This document shows, one piece after another, positions 51,344-63,549 of a stretch of 64,000 bases of DNA. Origin of the DNA: Pelomyxa schiedti (Eukaryota > Protista > Evosea); NCBI GenBank assembly GCA_020536535.1, contig JAHLWZ010000827.1, positions 1 through 64,000 of the forward strand. The letters run 5' to 3'. Below the pieces are notes generated by a model, which saw only the letters and a list, made by a program, of their open reading frames with translations, was not told the DNA's origin and did not search any database. Numbering within the stretch: position 1 is the first letter of the stretch; each line of letters begins with the position of its first letter. A program made the translations under genes and the position numbers.

Positions 51344-53742
51344 TCATTGTTTGGTGGGAAACTGTATCACACATAGTTCCCCAGTGGAAAAACTAGCCGC
51401 GAGTTTATTTCCCAGAGAGTTCCAACATACTTCAAAAATGCCACCATTTGCATTATGGGTAGCTACAAGGTTTCCCGTCTATGTGGAGTGAGCAGCTTTG
51501 TTATTTGGTGGTAGTTTTGAACCTTAGTTGACCATATATGAATACAGCGGTCAAATGACCCACTGGCAAGAAATTCGCCATTGGGGCTGAAGCCAATAGC
51601 ATAGACAGGTTCACTAATTGGATATTTAGAGGGGGGACAGCTAAGTGATACATACGCGTGCCGGGCAAGAGTGTGTAAACAGGTTCCAGTAGAAACATCC
51701 CAAAGCTTCACAGAACAGTCAAATGAAGCCCTGCCGGAGATGAGATTAATTCAAAACTGTGGATACAACGTGGCTAATAATTGGCTGTGTGGAACTGGGC
51801 ACCACTTCAATGTGTAAACCTCTTTGGTGTGTTCTGCGAAGGAATGTATACATTCACTGGATTTGGCAGGATCCCATATCTAGAGCGAGATCACCAAAAC
51901 TTGAAGCTGTTCATTTAAAAAGAAACCTTAGCAGTTCTATCATCTGAGCAAGATGCTAAAAGGGTACCACTTGGATCCCATTTTATTCCATTCACCTCGT
52001 TTTTGTGTCCCTTGAGCTCTGCCAAGGGTCTCACCTGATAGAGCTGGCATACGTATATTGTACAATCAGTTGAGCAGGTTGCGAATGTGTTAGGATCTCT
52101 CCAGTCCACATCAAGAATAGCTCCAGTATGAAGACGAAATGTAGTAATTTGCTCGCCAGTACTTGTATCCCAAACAACGACAGTGTGATCAGCTTAAGGT
52201 TTTTTCCCAGGGGGATGAGTTACGTTTTTGTCTTGCAATAATATAACTATTCAGGGATAATAAGACATTTGCATACTTGACCCAGTCAAAAGAAAATTGC
52301 CAGTCTGGTTCCACTTGATAGTGAAAATAGGTCCCGTGTGTTGTTGCAATGTAAGGGCATTTGTCCCTGCAGAAATGCTTTAGGAGGAAAAGATTGGTCA
52401 AAAAGAGAAACCATCTTTTTTCCATAATCTGCCTACTCCATCATATGATCCAGTGGCCAAAAGTGTGCCAGACATCTCCCAAATGTAAACAAAAAAAAAC
52501 CATTTCACTAACTTACATTCCAGTCAATTGCTGTCACGTCTTGTAGAGCTGGCACAGAAGGGTGCGGGAGTATAAGTGGTTTGTTTACGTCGGCACTTCC
52601 CAGGTTCCATATTCTGGCAGTGGAATCCCCAGCTCTAAGTACTTAGCCAGGGCCAAAGGGAAGTGGAATATACCCAGAGGCGAGAAGGTCAGATACTGGG
52701 TTCCAAGAACAAACAAACACCTGTGACACGAAATTAAAACCAGTGTAACAGTAACGTTTTTCCACACTTCATGTGTATGCCCAGACAAAAGGGTTATGCT
52801 GGACTGAGGTATGTCAATGGCATCAGTATCCATTGCAGTGGGTGCAGTTGTGGCAGGCTGAGGTAATGTTGCTTGAGGGGTATCATGTGCTTCCTTTGTA
52901 TGTGAATCATTACCTACCGCCTCTTCCATTGTTGTGGTGGTAGACTTGGAATTTTCAGTTGATGCAGTGGCATGTGTATCACGGGATTTCACAGGGGTTG
53001 CTTGAACTTGAGATGATTGTGTTGGTTGTGATGCCGATTGGGTGGAAGTAGAGGATGTCTCATGTGGTGGGGAGTGTTTGCGATTGTTATTGCATTTGTG
53101 AGGTGACAGAACAGAAAATAGTTCATCACAGTCCGTAATTTCAGTACCATCCTACAATGTTGCATTGATTTGAGTCAATCGCAGTGTAACAAATGAGGTA
53201 CTGGTCTCAGGTGGCACTCTATTGCGTAATATTGCAGCCCTTTCAAAAGAAACGAAATCAAGGCACCAAACGGTGGCACAGGTCCAGGTGTCCCTTTCAG
53301 AACCTCCATTCTGAAAGTATAGGCGGAGTGCTTGAAACCTGCCAAAACAAAACATTCCGTTAAGTAGGGGGGAAAAAAAAAAAAGCAAGCCCAAAGGCAA
53401 AGGCAAAGGCAAAGGCAAAGGCAAAGGCAAAGACAAAGACAAAGACAAAAGCAAAAGCAAAAGTACACAAGTAAAAGTAGAAGTACCGGCTTCTTCCATA
53501 TAAGCATAAATAAGAGTGTTGACCTGCTCGCTCGTCAGACGTAGTGACACGTCGCCCTCGAGGGCTCCCGACGCCGACGCCGACGCGGACGCCGACCCAC
53601 GCAGTCTAGGGTGAACCCCCCCAGCCGACGACGACGACGACGACGTCGTGGCGGACGCAGACGATCCCCCGCACTCCGACGCGTCGTTGCTGGTGGGTCG
53701 CTGGTGCACAGTGGACAGCCACGACAAGTTGGGCGACAGCAT
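51344..53742 (-). CDS. TBL1X/TBL1XR1 (Ebi/HOS15/Sif2)-like LisH + WD40 corepressor subunit
   Basis: [18 protein letters not shown]|FKHSAYTF...[15 protein letters not shown]; LSGHTHE|VFVCSWNP; [11 protein letters not shown]; [28 protein letters not shown]; [17 protein letters not shown]. Start codon uncertain. Confidence 0.9.
53392..53464. repeat. Intronic hexamer microsatellite (CAAAGG)n(CAAAGA)n(CAAAAG)n
   Basis: Directly visible; lies in intron 1 of the TBL1-like gene. Confidence 0.92.
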
Positions 53743-54197
53743 GCTCGGGGCCGAGATGTTTTGGCTAATTAGGGGAACCAATACTAGATGACGAAAAATC
53801 ACAATCACTTGTTCCCAGTCCTTTTGGAACTCCAATTCGAACTCTTGTTCTCACCAACCTGCTTTGTTGCTTTTGCATTACAACAGCCTCATCTGCCGAG
53901 TTGCTCTGAGCCCAGATCAACTAAGGGTTTATTCCCTGCTGTACATGCACAGATGCCTTCGAATTGGGGGTGCTTCTGCTCTTTTGCGTGTTGGGTTCCC
54001 GTTGTTTAATTCCTAATAAAGAAAGTTCTTTGGGAGGGTAGGAGATGCAGCTTCTTCCTTAATTATTGGGAGTTATCCTTTATCCCAATCAACATGATTG
54101 GTTGGTGTCCCTCATTTTACCTCTATTAAAGAGCTGGCAGTATTTGACGAGGTGATGAAACTACGAAACGGGATCTGCGAGGTGGCAATCGTTTTTC

Positions 54198-56194
54198 TCA
54201 GTGAGTTGCAGTGAGATAAGGAGGTCTGTGGAGAACGATTCCAACCCAACCACAGATGACCACTGACAAGGCTCCAAAGGCCCCGTTGATGTAAAGATAG
54301 CACCCGAACTTGAGTGCCACCTTGTTGAGAAGGAGTCCGGAGATGATGATGCTCACTCCTGCAAACGTGAGCGCCCCATACGCAACTCTTCCGAAGATTT
54401 CCTGTCAAGGGGAGGACCATGTTCGTCAGTTGAGTGGATAACGTAATTGGGGTGAGAGCCAGCAAGATACCGCAGGGAAGAATGCGTTGACTGTGCAATA
54501 AAGAAGCGAGAAGAGAGCCAGCCGAAGGGGTATCAAAAGGATGAACGTCAAGTATCTGTGGATTGGAGTACATCAGTAATTACGGATTAATGACTAAAAA
54601 TGCACACTGAAGGTTAAGAACCGGAATCAATGAGAAGCCGGCAAAGAGTACAAATAAAACACCTTCCACGGTCCAAGCAATCCAAAGCCAGTGCTTCTTT
54701 GAAAGCGGGTATGATAACGGAAAGTTGGAGAGGAAACCCCACAGAGGAAGCATGACGGAGAAGGCTGTTAGCAATGGAGTGATCTGATCACCCTGAGCCA
54801 TCATGTTCAGTTGCTCCATCATAGTGGCCATGTAGAAATATACGAAGGAGGTACCACTCATCATGGCCGCGTAGAGCGGAATGAGCAACCCCAAGTGGGA
54901 CTTGAACCATTGCAAAATCACATCCTTCCTTGAACTTTGAGGATTTGAGATCAAACTTTTATCTTGTAATTCATTTGGTGCTGTTTCCAGTTCAACTTGC
55001 GGCGCATCAGTCTTGTATTTTGGCTTTGAAGAAACAACGAAAAAGCAAAACAGGGGTCCAAGGCAAGCCAGGTAGTATCCTCCAAATAATGCCCAGAGTG
55101 GAGCGTGAGTGGCATTGTAAATCAAATACAGAATCCAAGCAACCGCTGTGTTGCTAGGTATTAGACCTGACATTCTTTTCAGGTTTTTGAATTACCTCCA
55201 CATAAGTTGACACAGGCTTGAATGAAACTGGAGACAAATCCGGAATTGAAAATGATGTGGCCTTCAGGAAAGGCAAGGTCAACATCATTCATAAGTTTGA
55301 GACCAACAACGAAAGAAAATCCACCACCAACTCCTGACTTTGTTTGTGAGAGTTACTCATCGCAAAAAGGAGGATTTCCAACCAAAATGAAAGTCAAAGG
55401 AAGTGCCCAGATTTGGATATACAATGGAATCTTGTCTGATGTCAAGAATCCAAACACAGGCCAGAAGCTCAGCAAAACAAAGGAAATGATGATGCACTTC
55501 CTCCGTGAGAGCTTGTCAACGATTAAGCCATACAGAAATCCAATTGAGTTAAGAGTTCCAGAAAACCTGTGAAGGGTGAGAGGTTAAAAAAAATAGAAAA
55601 AAAACCAAACCTAAACCTCTCGATACAATAATTTATAGTTGTACGATTTCCTTCAAATAAAGGGAAATTATCCATCTACGCGAAAATGTATCGTGGTTGG
55701 TCTCCATTTGAAACAGCAGAGAGAGGACCTCACGCTATAAACAGCGAATTGAGCAGCGCAAGTTGCCTCTCGCACACGGCGCCACTCTCCAACTCAAAAC
55801 CCTCGCTGTCACTGCGACTCCCCCTCCCACTCTGTTCTCCCATAATCCCATCGCTGCTCCCCTCCACCTTCCTGTTACCGCCGATTGCGGTCGCCTCCGC
55901 CTGAAACACCCGACCCTGTGAGCCCAAAGTCGAAGCCGAAGCAGAAACACCCGACTCAGACATCCGCGACTGCGAAGACGGCGACGAGACAGATTCAGAC
56001 GTGCCGGGACAGGAGTTGGCGAAAACGCCCTCGCTGAGCAGAATTGGTTTGAGAGCGCTGAAGTTGAAGTGTGGGTCCATCACCAGTGACACAACGCACG
56101 CTGCAACGAACACCTTGACCACCACGGCCCTTCTCGTAGTAGTCGTGGAACCGTCTCCGCCACCACTCGATGAGCAACACCCCCGTGCCTTCAT
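54198..56194 (-). CDS. MFS transporter, SLC43 (LAT3/4)/FMP42-like
   Basis: FNFSALKPILLSEGVFANSC...CERQLALLNSLF, GFLYGLIVDKL, multiple TM helices, LIPVLNLQ|YLTFILLIPLRLALFS...FPA|EIFGRV. Confidence 0.8.
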
Positions 56195-56837
56195 TTGGCT
56201 GAAGAAAAAAAAAACACCAGACCGCCGATCCTGCCGATGATAACGAAAAAGTCGTTGATCATTGTTACGGAAACTTGTCCCCAAGTCGGTAACATGGTGA
56301 TTTGGTGCAGGTGCACCCTCGTGAGTGCTGTTGCTTCCTCGCAACGGTACTGAACATAGTGCCGCAATTCATTCACAACACACACGGCCAGCAGGGACTG
56401 TGTACAATGGTGAAGTCCCTTACCGTACAATATTTTTATCGGCTTCCACAGGCCAGGAACACACACTGTGTGCATAACAGGATGGGTACACATTGCAACC
56501 TTCTGAGGCAGTGGAGCATCTTTTTAATACATATTCACATTAACACCCATCAGCTCACAAGTATAAATTGGAAGTAGCTATTGGCATCACTTTTGTGAAG
56601 AAAACAATTCACTAAGTGGGTGAACATTGTGGGTTTTTCACTGTTGTCTCCAGCAAAAAGAGTAGGGAAAGGGGAGAAAAAAGGGAAACCACCCAAATGT
56701 GGGAGAGCGAAGCGAACCACATTTGGGTGGATATGGGCACATGGTGGGCATTTGAAGTTCACATTTGCGAGACACTACCTCTTGTCTTCATGATATTTTG
56801 TGAATGGCTTTTCTGGAGAAAAAAAAATTAAAAAAAA

Positions 56838-56937
56838 NNNNNNNNNNNNNNNNNNNNNNNNNNNNNNNNNNNNNNNNNNNNNNNNNNNNNNNNNNNNNNN
56901 NNNNNNNNNNNNNNNNNNNNNNNNNNNNNNNNNNNNN
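56838..56937. other. Assembly gap (100 N)
   Basis: Run of 100 N, probably a placeholder of unknown true size. Confidence 0.99.
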
Positions 56938-56999
56938 TCAAATGGTAGAACGCTCGCTTAGCATGCGAGAGGCACGGGGATCAATACCCCGCACCTCCA
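56938..56999 (+). tRNA. tRNA-Ala(AGC) copy 1, 5' end hidden by the gap
   Basis: Identical to 57324-57385 and followed by the same T-run. Confidence 0.85.
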
Positions 57000-57312
57000 C
57001 TCTTTTTTTTGTTTTGTTTTGTTGGGTTTTTCCCCCTTCATTTTCCTCCCTTGTTGTGAGGCTTTCTATCTTCCTCTTGTTCTGGGTTGGTAGCAATGGT
57101 TGTGTGGTTCGCTTCGCTCTCCCACATTTGGGTGGATATGGGCACATGGTGGGCATTTGAAGTTCACATTTGCGAGACACTACCTCTTGTCTTCATGATA
57201 TTTTGTGAATGGCTTTTCTGGAGAAAAAAAAATTAAAAAAAAAATTAAAAGAAAAAAATACACTCCGTGCCCCAGTACACACCAACAGAGGTCTCTAGTG
57301 ACAACTGTGGAA

Positions 57313-57385
57313 GGGGGTGTAGTTCAAATGGTAGAACGCTCGCTTAGCATGCGAGAGGCACGGGGATCAATACCCCGCACCTCCA
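57313..57385 (+). tRNA. tRNA-Ala, anticodon AGC
   Basis: 73-nt cloverleaf: acceptor GGGGGTG/CACCTCC with the G3:U70 Ala determinant, anticodon arm CTCGC-TTAGCAT-GCGAG, eukaryotic Ala-type T-loop GATCAATAC, discriminator A, downstream oligo-T Pol III terminator. Confidence 0.97.
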
Positions 57386-57477
57386 CTCTTTTTTTTGTTT
57401 TGTTTTGTTGGGTTTTTCCCCCTTCATTTTCCTCCCTTGTTGTGTGGTGCTTTTTTTGCTGCTGGGCTGTTTTATTG

Positions 57478-60400
57478 TTACCCAAATAATGTGTGTATTC
57501 TTGTCTGTGTTACTGGTGTGGTTTTTGTTGTTTTTTTTGTTTCTGGGCCTGGTAGGGTAATTGGAAATGGTAATGGAATTGGTGCTGGATCCTCTTCTTC
57601 CTCGACTCCTTCATCATGCTCTCTTCTCTTGGTGAGACCAAGGCCGGCAAGGTCTTTTACAGCTGGGCATCGCTTCAATCCCTGGGTGTATCATTAGCCT
57701 TGATCAATCTATTGGATATGCCATACATTTAATCTGCCATGTCCACAGTCACAGAAGAAGTGACTGAACTTTGGCAAAGACAAGTGGTGATTATGGTGAC
57801 ATGTTTCTGCACAAACAGCACAGACACCATATCCTGTGCGCAAGTTGCATGTATAACAGTCGTACCATGGCTGTAGCAAGAAAGTCTTTTGTTCTTAGTT
57901 AGTGCTGCGGGTCTTAGAGTGGTGGGACACCTTGTCACCCGTGGCACTAAATGTACAGGCATTACTGAGGATGCACTTTTCTATGAGTGGGTCCATGGCT
58001 ATTGCAGTAGCCAGTTGCAGGTTTCTCAGTGCAACATCGCATGTTTCCCTCACCTAAGGAGAGTGAGGCAATGGGAAATAAAAAAATTTGGCATTACTTC
58101 CACATTGGCATAATGTTGGGTTGAGGCCCTATTGATAACTTCTGAGGCATTCAGATTATTGAGTGCTTCTCGTACACCCAGGTCACATGAAAGGGACCAA
58201 AGCAGAGATACCTTGATGTGAACTGAGATATTTTTTTTGTGGTGAGGTAATTAGGTACTGCCGACTTGACAAAGCCCTTTTCAGCCTTGTACTTATTCAA
58301 CATTTGGAGTATCAGGGAAAGGCAATCAACTTCATGGAACAGAATACGATTCTCCCGGAAAAAAGCTAGATGTGTCAGCCTATTCTTGTCAGTAGAGTGA
58401 CACAGAAGCACTTGTTAACTACAAACATTGTCAAACTGGATCCTACTAAGACCTCAGATTCGATATTATTCTTGATGAATCCCATTACAGTTCGCAGGAG
58501 CCTTTCTTGATTAATTTTCACGATTTCATATAGCGGCTATTACCTTTTTACATCTGTTTCTAACTTTGTTACTTTGATGGTAGATTTAGACGTTATTGAC
58601 AACGTATAGTCTACACTCTGAAACTTCACATTGCTTATACAGGCCGAAATGATGATGATATAATGCTTTCCAGGAGGCAGTACTTCGAGATCAACCTCCA
58701 TTGTAACTAGGGAAGCTTGGGTATTGGGGGTGTATTCCTTAAGTTGAACCTTCTCGTCGAGGGGTATCAGTTGTGCCACAAACAGTTTCGAGAATGCCAG
58801 TGGACTCGTCGTAAATTACCAGATAAATACCTTGCCTATTGTCCACATCTATTTGTGGAATGTAAAAAAAAAAAAAAAGAGAAGCTGTATGGTGTGTTAC
58901 CTGCTCCACAACTGAAACGCAGGTCTCTCTTTTGGATTGTAATAAACGTGTGGGTAGCTTCAGTTACTTCAAGTTGAATTTGGGGACCATAAACACTATC
59001 AGGGTGTGAGTACTTCCCAAGGATTTTCGTTTGTTGCCATCCCTGTTAGGTGAATGGAAGACGGTTTGGGGTTACTATCGGAAAAAAACCTCAGTTGCTC
59101 CAACCATGCAAATAGTAATCTCCCCAAAGAATTGTTGGAAATCCTCCCAACACATCCAGAAGGCTCCCACATGTTCAGAATATCCAACAATTCGTTTTAG
59201 ATCAGGAGTCCATTGTGACGACCCTGCAGACCACCTTCCGCACCAGGTGAAGGATCCCCACTGCTGGGAATAAGTGCTAATTCTCAAAGCTCAACTGTAC
59301 GGGATTTCGTAGGAGGAGAAGTTTATTTCCCGCTACATTACGAACGTCCAATATGCCATATGCATGTAAACTTACTATCCCTTCATTTTCAAGCCTCAAG
59401 CTTCATAGGTATTAGTGCTAATTGAAACGTTCCTACAATGTAATACCCAGCATCTTTTTCGGCTTGTGTTTCCTTACGTGAGGAGCAGCCAAATAATTGA
59501 TTGGCCGCCTAAGAAAAACAGTGGGTTTTTCCTCTTCTACAGGAGGAACAAGTACCTTGGCTTCCAGCAGTTTAAACCAAAGATTTTCTTGCTGTAACCT
59601 GGAAAGCAACTTGAAGTTGTACGTAATGCAGGGAGCACCTGGAGCATCGTTATGTGTGAGCTTGAGGATCTTTTTTTTTTCAGGTAAAAACCTGTCAAGT
59701 CTCGTAGACTTTCGCCAAGGGTTCCAGCTGTAAGTGCTTGGTATGACTTGTTCAGTTTTGCATAACCCTTTTCTAAGTAGCAGACCCAAAGGGATTCGTC
59801 TCTTGATCTAATTTTGCATAATTAGCAGAGATTGAACAACGAGAAAATAGGTTGCCTGGAATAAACAGGACCATGGCCTGCAAGAGATGTTTGCAGCTGT
59901 GTTTCGTAATCAAGCTGAGAGATTCCAGTAATTGCCGCACATGGAAGGTATCCATCAACTGTTACAGTAACCCATTCATCCCCTCGTAGAAATCTATTTC
60001 CCATCAAGTTATTCTTACTCAGATCTCAGACTATTCATTACCTCAAACCATAAACACCTTGGGGATTGTATTCTGTATTCAGAAATAATCGTAGAACTAG
60101 CTCAGGTCGTGTAGAAATCATGCAGAGAGCACCAAGAAACCAGCAGTCACCAAGCAAACCCTGGGCAATAGAACGTGAATCAATGTCACCTGATTTGGAT
60201 TATAATGCAACCAAAAGCAAAAAAAAAAAGTAAAAGACCTGGAAATAGCTTAGGTGAAACTTTTCTATCGAAAAACTCAACTGGGGTTTTCCAGTGGATT
60301 GGGATTTGTTGTTTTGGTTTGTCATTTGGGTCAATATACAAGGATTTCTAAAGAAAACTCAGGAAACTAAAAAAAAACAAATAGACAAGTCCATACTTCG

Positions 60401-61950
60401 GAAGGAGGGAACTGGGAGTCCAAAAAAGTGAGTCCCCTGGATGAGCACCACGCAATTAGTTCTTGAATGTCTTCAGTAGAAGATGGGGTTGTTGGTGGAC
60501 TCAACTTCGAAAAGACTGATAGTTTATGCACAAACCTTGATAAAGATGAGTATTTGGTTTTTTTATAGTGGTACATCATTACGCACTGAGCATCCCAGAT
60601 ACGTGAAAAGTCCCAGGCAGATTCTATGGCTTTCCACTGGATCTCATATTCCAATTTCCATGGCTTGCCAGAATCGATTGCTGTTAGGTGAAGAATATTT
60701 TCTGTCTCTGGAGAATGGGTGAGTGGGATGAATTTTGAAACTTTACAGACTAGACTTTGCTAGATATCCCTGAAGAAGTATTGGCAGAGTATCAACAGGA
60801 GAAGCAAAATTGGAAGAAGATTGGGGAGCCAAATTTTCAATATGGTTGACATTCAGAGTGTAGGAAATGGGAAGAATCGACGCAGTGTTGTTATTTGCAA
60901 GTTGAAATGTAACGGAATTTTCAGTGGTCGTTTTGAAAAAATAGATGTTTTCAGTTAAATACTTGGCCTCATCAATGGTTACCTGGAATAAGTTATTTCT
61001 CTTTCAGGTATGATGGGACATTTACAATTGAAGGACCACCACAAATAACTCCACTATCACTTTTTTTATTGAGATCGCTTTTGTATTCCAGTGCTTGTCT
61101 TAGCCTGTCAAGAAACTTTTTTGAGTACTATTAAATGGTTTTTGCATACCTGGAAATCTGATAGTCGAGTTCCCTTTGGCTTTTTATGTCAGAAATGGCA
61201 ATTGTGTCTCTAATATCTCTTGGAGTGAGTGTGACGAGTTTGGCACCATCTACCCCATTCTGAAGAAAGGAAGCTATGTAAGCCTAAACTTTCCTTGGTC
61301 ATTGGTTGCTATTTGAAAGGGATTTTAACCTCCTGCCCAACGCTTCTCAGCCACGCTGACACAGTTTCTCGGCTCCATAAATTTGGGGGCTGGGCACCAC
61401 TTACAGAGGGTGTTGGAGTTTCATCACTTTGCCTGGATTCGGTAATATTTGGATTCTTGGCAGGTGCAACAGCTGCAGCTGTGTCAGGTCTTCCAGTTGT
61501 TTGTTCTATCCTTAGCATCTTCTCAGCAATGAGTGTCTCCCTTTCACGTAACTCGGCATCATCTTTCTTCTTCTCCTCCGCTTCCTTCAATTTGTGGAGA
61601 GCGTATTCGAGCTATTGAATAGATACAGTGATTTAGAGCAATGTGAACAACTATGCAGTACCTTTCTTATTTGTGGAAGTGGTAGATCGAGCAGGGACAG
61701 TTCCCTTCGTCCCAATGCCAACAATGTATTCCCATCACCAAGTTTCCCCTTCAAGAACCCACCAGGGTCTGCCAAACCAAAAAAAAAAAAAAAAAAAAAA
61801 ACGGGCAAAAATGAATAAAGACCTTGGTTACCAAGCGAAACTAACTCAAAGATCAACCAACGACAAACCTCCGTCGTGTTTCATCGACAAAACTTCACAA
61901 GCCCACGCCACGACTTGCGCAGCGTTCCATTCCCCAACCGTCGCGCTCAT
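57478..61950 (-). CDS. Calpain-family cysteine protease: SAM-SAM-linker domain-CysPc-domain III-ARM-like-UBR-type zinc finger
   Basis: SAM1 VGEWNAAQVVAWA...DGNTLLAL; SAM2 LWSRETVSAWL...FLQNGVDGAKLVTL; CysPc FLDSQFPP, QGLLGDCWFL (Cys), LWVCYLEKGYAKL, LHAYGILDV (His), LLRNP|WG (Asn), FWMCWEDF; UBR box CTFSATG...WYDCYTC...VCAVCAETCHHNH...FFCDCG. Confidence 0.9.
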
Positions 61951-62037
61951 TTTTTCTTGGTGCAAATCGATAGGGCCAAACCAAATCAATCTCTTATCTC
62001 CTGTACAGCAAAAGTGGGATTGCGCTTGACTCTTCTC

Positions 62038-63378
62038 TCACTGCAAGAACACGTGAAGAACGAAAGAGGACATGACGGGGAAGTGGTCAGAAGGAAACCG
62101 CGTGCCCTCGTGGTCAGTTATAATGCAAGCCCGACTTATTCTTTCCACAACGGTTCTGCTTGTTGCTGTTCCGCCTCCGGTTGTTGGTGCTGATGCTGAT
62201 GATGATGATGATGCAGAATCCGCTCGTGGGGTTGATGCCGATGTTGCGGTTGTTTTATTGCTGCTTGCACTGGTACTGCTATCTTCATCATTGGCACTGA
62301 CAGGGGGGTCGCGGTACACAACCCAGTCAATGAACTGTGACCCGTCGTTCTCCTGGCGCGAAGAGGGCTCTAGGCTGGGCCTCCAGCCATGGAACGTGGA
62401 GAACTTGCACCCGTTGTCCTCGCGCCTCTGGGCCTCGGTCCACGTGTCGACGAATCCCTCGGTGCACAGAAAGGGGAACACGGCCTCGCGGGTCTTGATC
62501 GTGTTCATGTCCCCGACCAGTATGTTCACGCAGTCCCGGCATTCCGGCACCTGCAGCATTAACGCGGTTAAGTTGGAATGATGGGAACGGAAAAGGGCAA
62601 AGGGAAAGGGGGAATGAAGCCGTACTTGCTGCATCATCTGTACAACGACTCTCATGCCGTTCTCTCTTGCCAGGGCACTCTTGTGGTCAAGGTGAGTGTT
62701 CCAAACACAGAATCCGGCGGCGGGAACGTGGGAGCGAGGCAAGCCACTGTTGCTGTCCGGCCCCTCAGCTTCAACCGCGTCAAAGCGGGCCCAAGTTACC
62801 ATCCTAGGCAAAGCTGATTTCCAGCTGCTGGAACCAGGAACATCAGGAGTCTCAGACAGCCAGAAATCGCCATGTGCCCTCAGAACGACTCTTGAAGGGT
62901 CGTGAAATATAGCACAGTGTTCATCACCCCCACTCTTGTTCGCAGTCCCAGTCCCATTATTCGGATTCGCAGCCCCAGTCTTGCTCTTACTTTTGTTGTT
63001 CTTGTTCTTGTTGGCGTTTTTGCCGTCGGCCTTTGTTGTGGGTGGTGCCGCTGCTGCCGTCGTCCCACAATTTGGTAGCAGACGGCACACTGGGGGCAAA
63101 GCGAACCACGAGTCGCCGCGGCGGTCGCGTCCCACCGGTGGGCCAGGGTAGAGGTCGCCCAGTCTGGTGGATATGCACCTGAGCTGGGAGGGCAGGCCCT
63201 CCTGGACACACAGCACGGCGGGCCTGTGCCTCCTCAGGAGGGCCAGCGCCACGTCGCATCTGTTGCCGGGCTCGAACCACGCGTTTTCGCCGTCCGCTGC
63301 GTTGGCGTACCTCAGGTTGAACGTCATCACGCTCACCTCCGCCGCGGCGCTACTTATGGGTGTCGCGGCCGCACTCAT
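62038..63378 (-). CDS. Endonuclease/exonuclease/phosphatase (EEP) family hydrolase
   Basis: VMTFNLRY, LCVQEG, GDEHCAIF, FWLSETPDVPGSSSW...LPRMVTWARF, WNTHLDH, GDMN, FIDWV, PSDHFPV. Probable 75-nt intron at 62551-62625. Confidence 0.92.
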   Translation of the reverse strand: MSAAATPISSAAAEVSVMTFNLRYANAADGENAWFEPGNRCDVALALLRRHRPAVLCVQEGLPSQLRCISTRLGDLYPGPPVGRDRRGDSWFALPPVCRLLPNCGTTAAAAPPTTKADGKNANKNKNNKSKSKTGAANPNNGTGTANKSGGDEHCAIFHDPSRVVLRAHGDFWLSETPDVPGSSSWKSALPRMVTWARFDAVEAEGPDSNSGLPRSHVPAAGFCVWNTHLDHKSALARENGMRVVVQMMQQVRLHSPFPFALFRSHHSNLTALMLQVPECRDCVNILVGDMNTIKTREAVFPFLCTEGFVDTWTEAQRREDNGCKFSTFHGWRPSLEPSSRQENDGSQFIDWVVYRDPPVSANDEDSSTSASSNKTTATSASTPRADSASSSSSASAPTTGGGTATSRTVVERISRACIITDHEGTRFPSDHFPVMSSFVLHVFLQ

Positions 63379-63549
63379 TCGCTTCGATTTCGGTTTTTGG
63401 TCAAGTTCCTTTTGGAAAGTCGCATTGAAATGCTGAAATAGAGTTTCAACTGTCGAAGTGAGAAGGGTGCGTTATAGCTGAATTGTAGAAGTGTTTATTT
63501 TACTGTACTCACATTAGAGATTTGGATGTTGTTGCCAACTTGCAGGATT

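Larger units (their letters stand above)
56717..57444 (+). repeat. Direct duplication of a roughly 325-bp tRNA-Ala cassette (56717-57058 and 57122-57444)
   Basis: Upstream flank (ccacatttgggtggatatggg...ggagaaaaaaaattaaaa), tRNA and about 60 bp of downstream flank recur identically on both sides of the gap. Confidence 0.9.

Noticed and set aside
53750-54190. Possible small gene between the SLC43-like and TBL1-like genes
   Set aside because: No frame gave a convincing spliced product; treated as UTR or promoter.
56200-56680. Short Cys/His-containing ORFs upstream of the SLC43-like gene
   Set aside because: No recognisable motif or consistent splice model; left unassigned.
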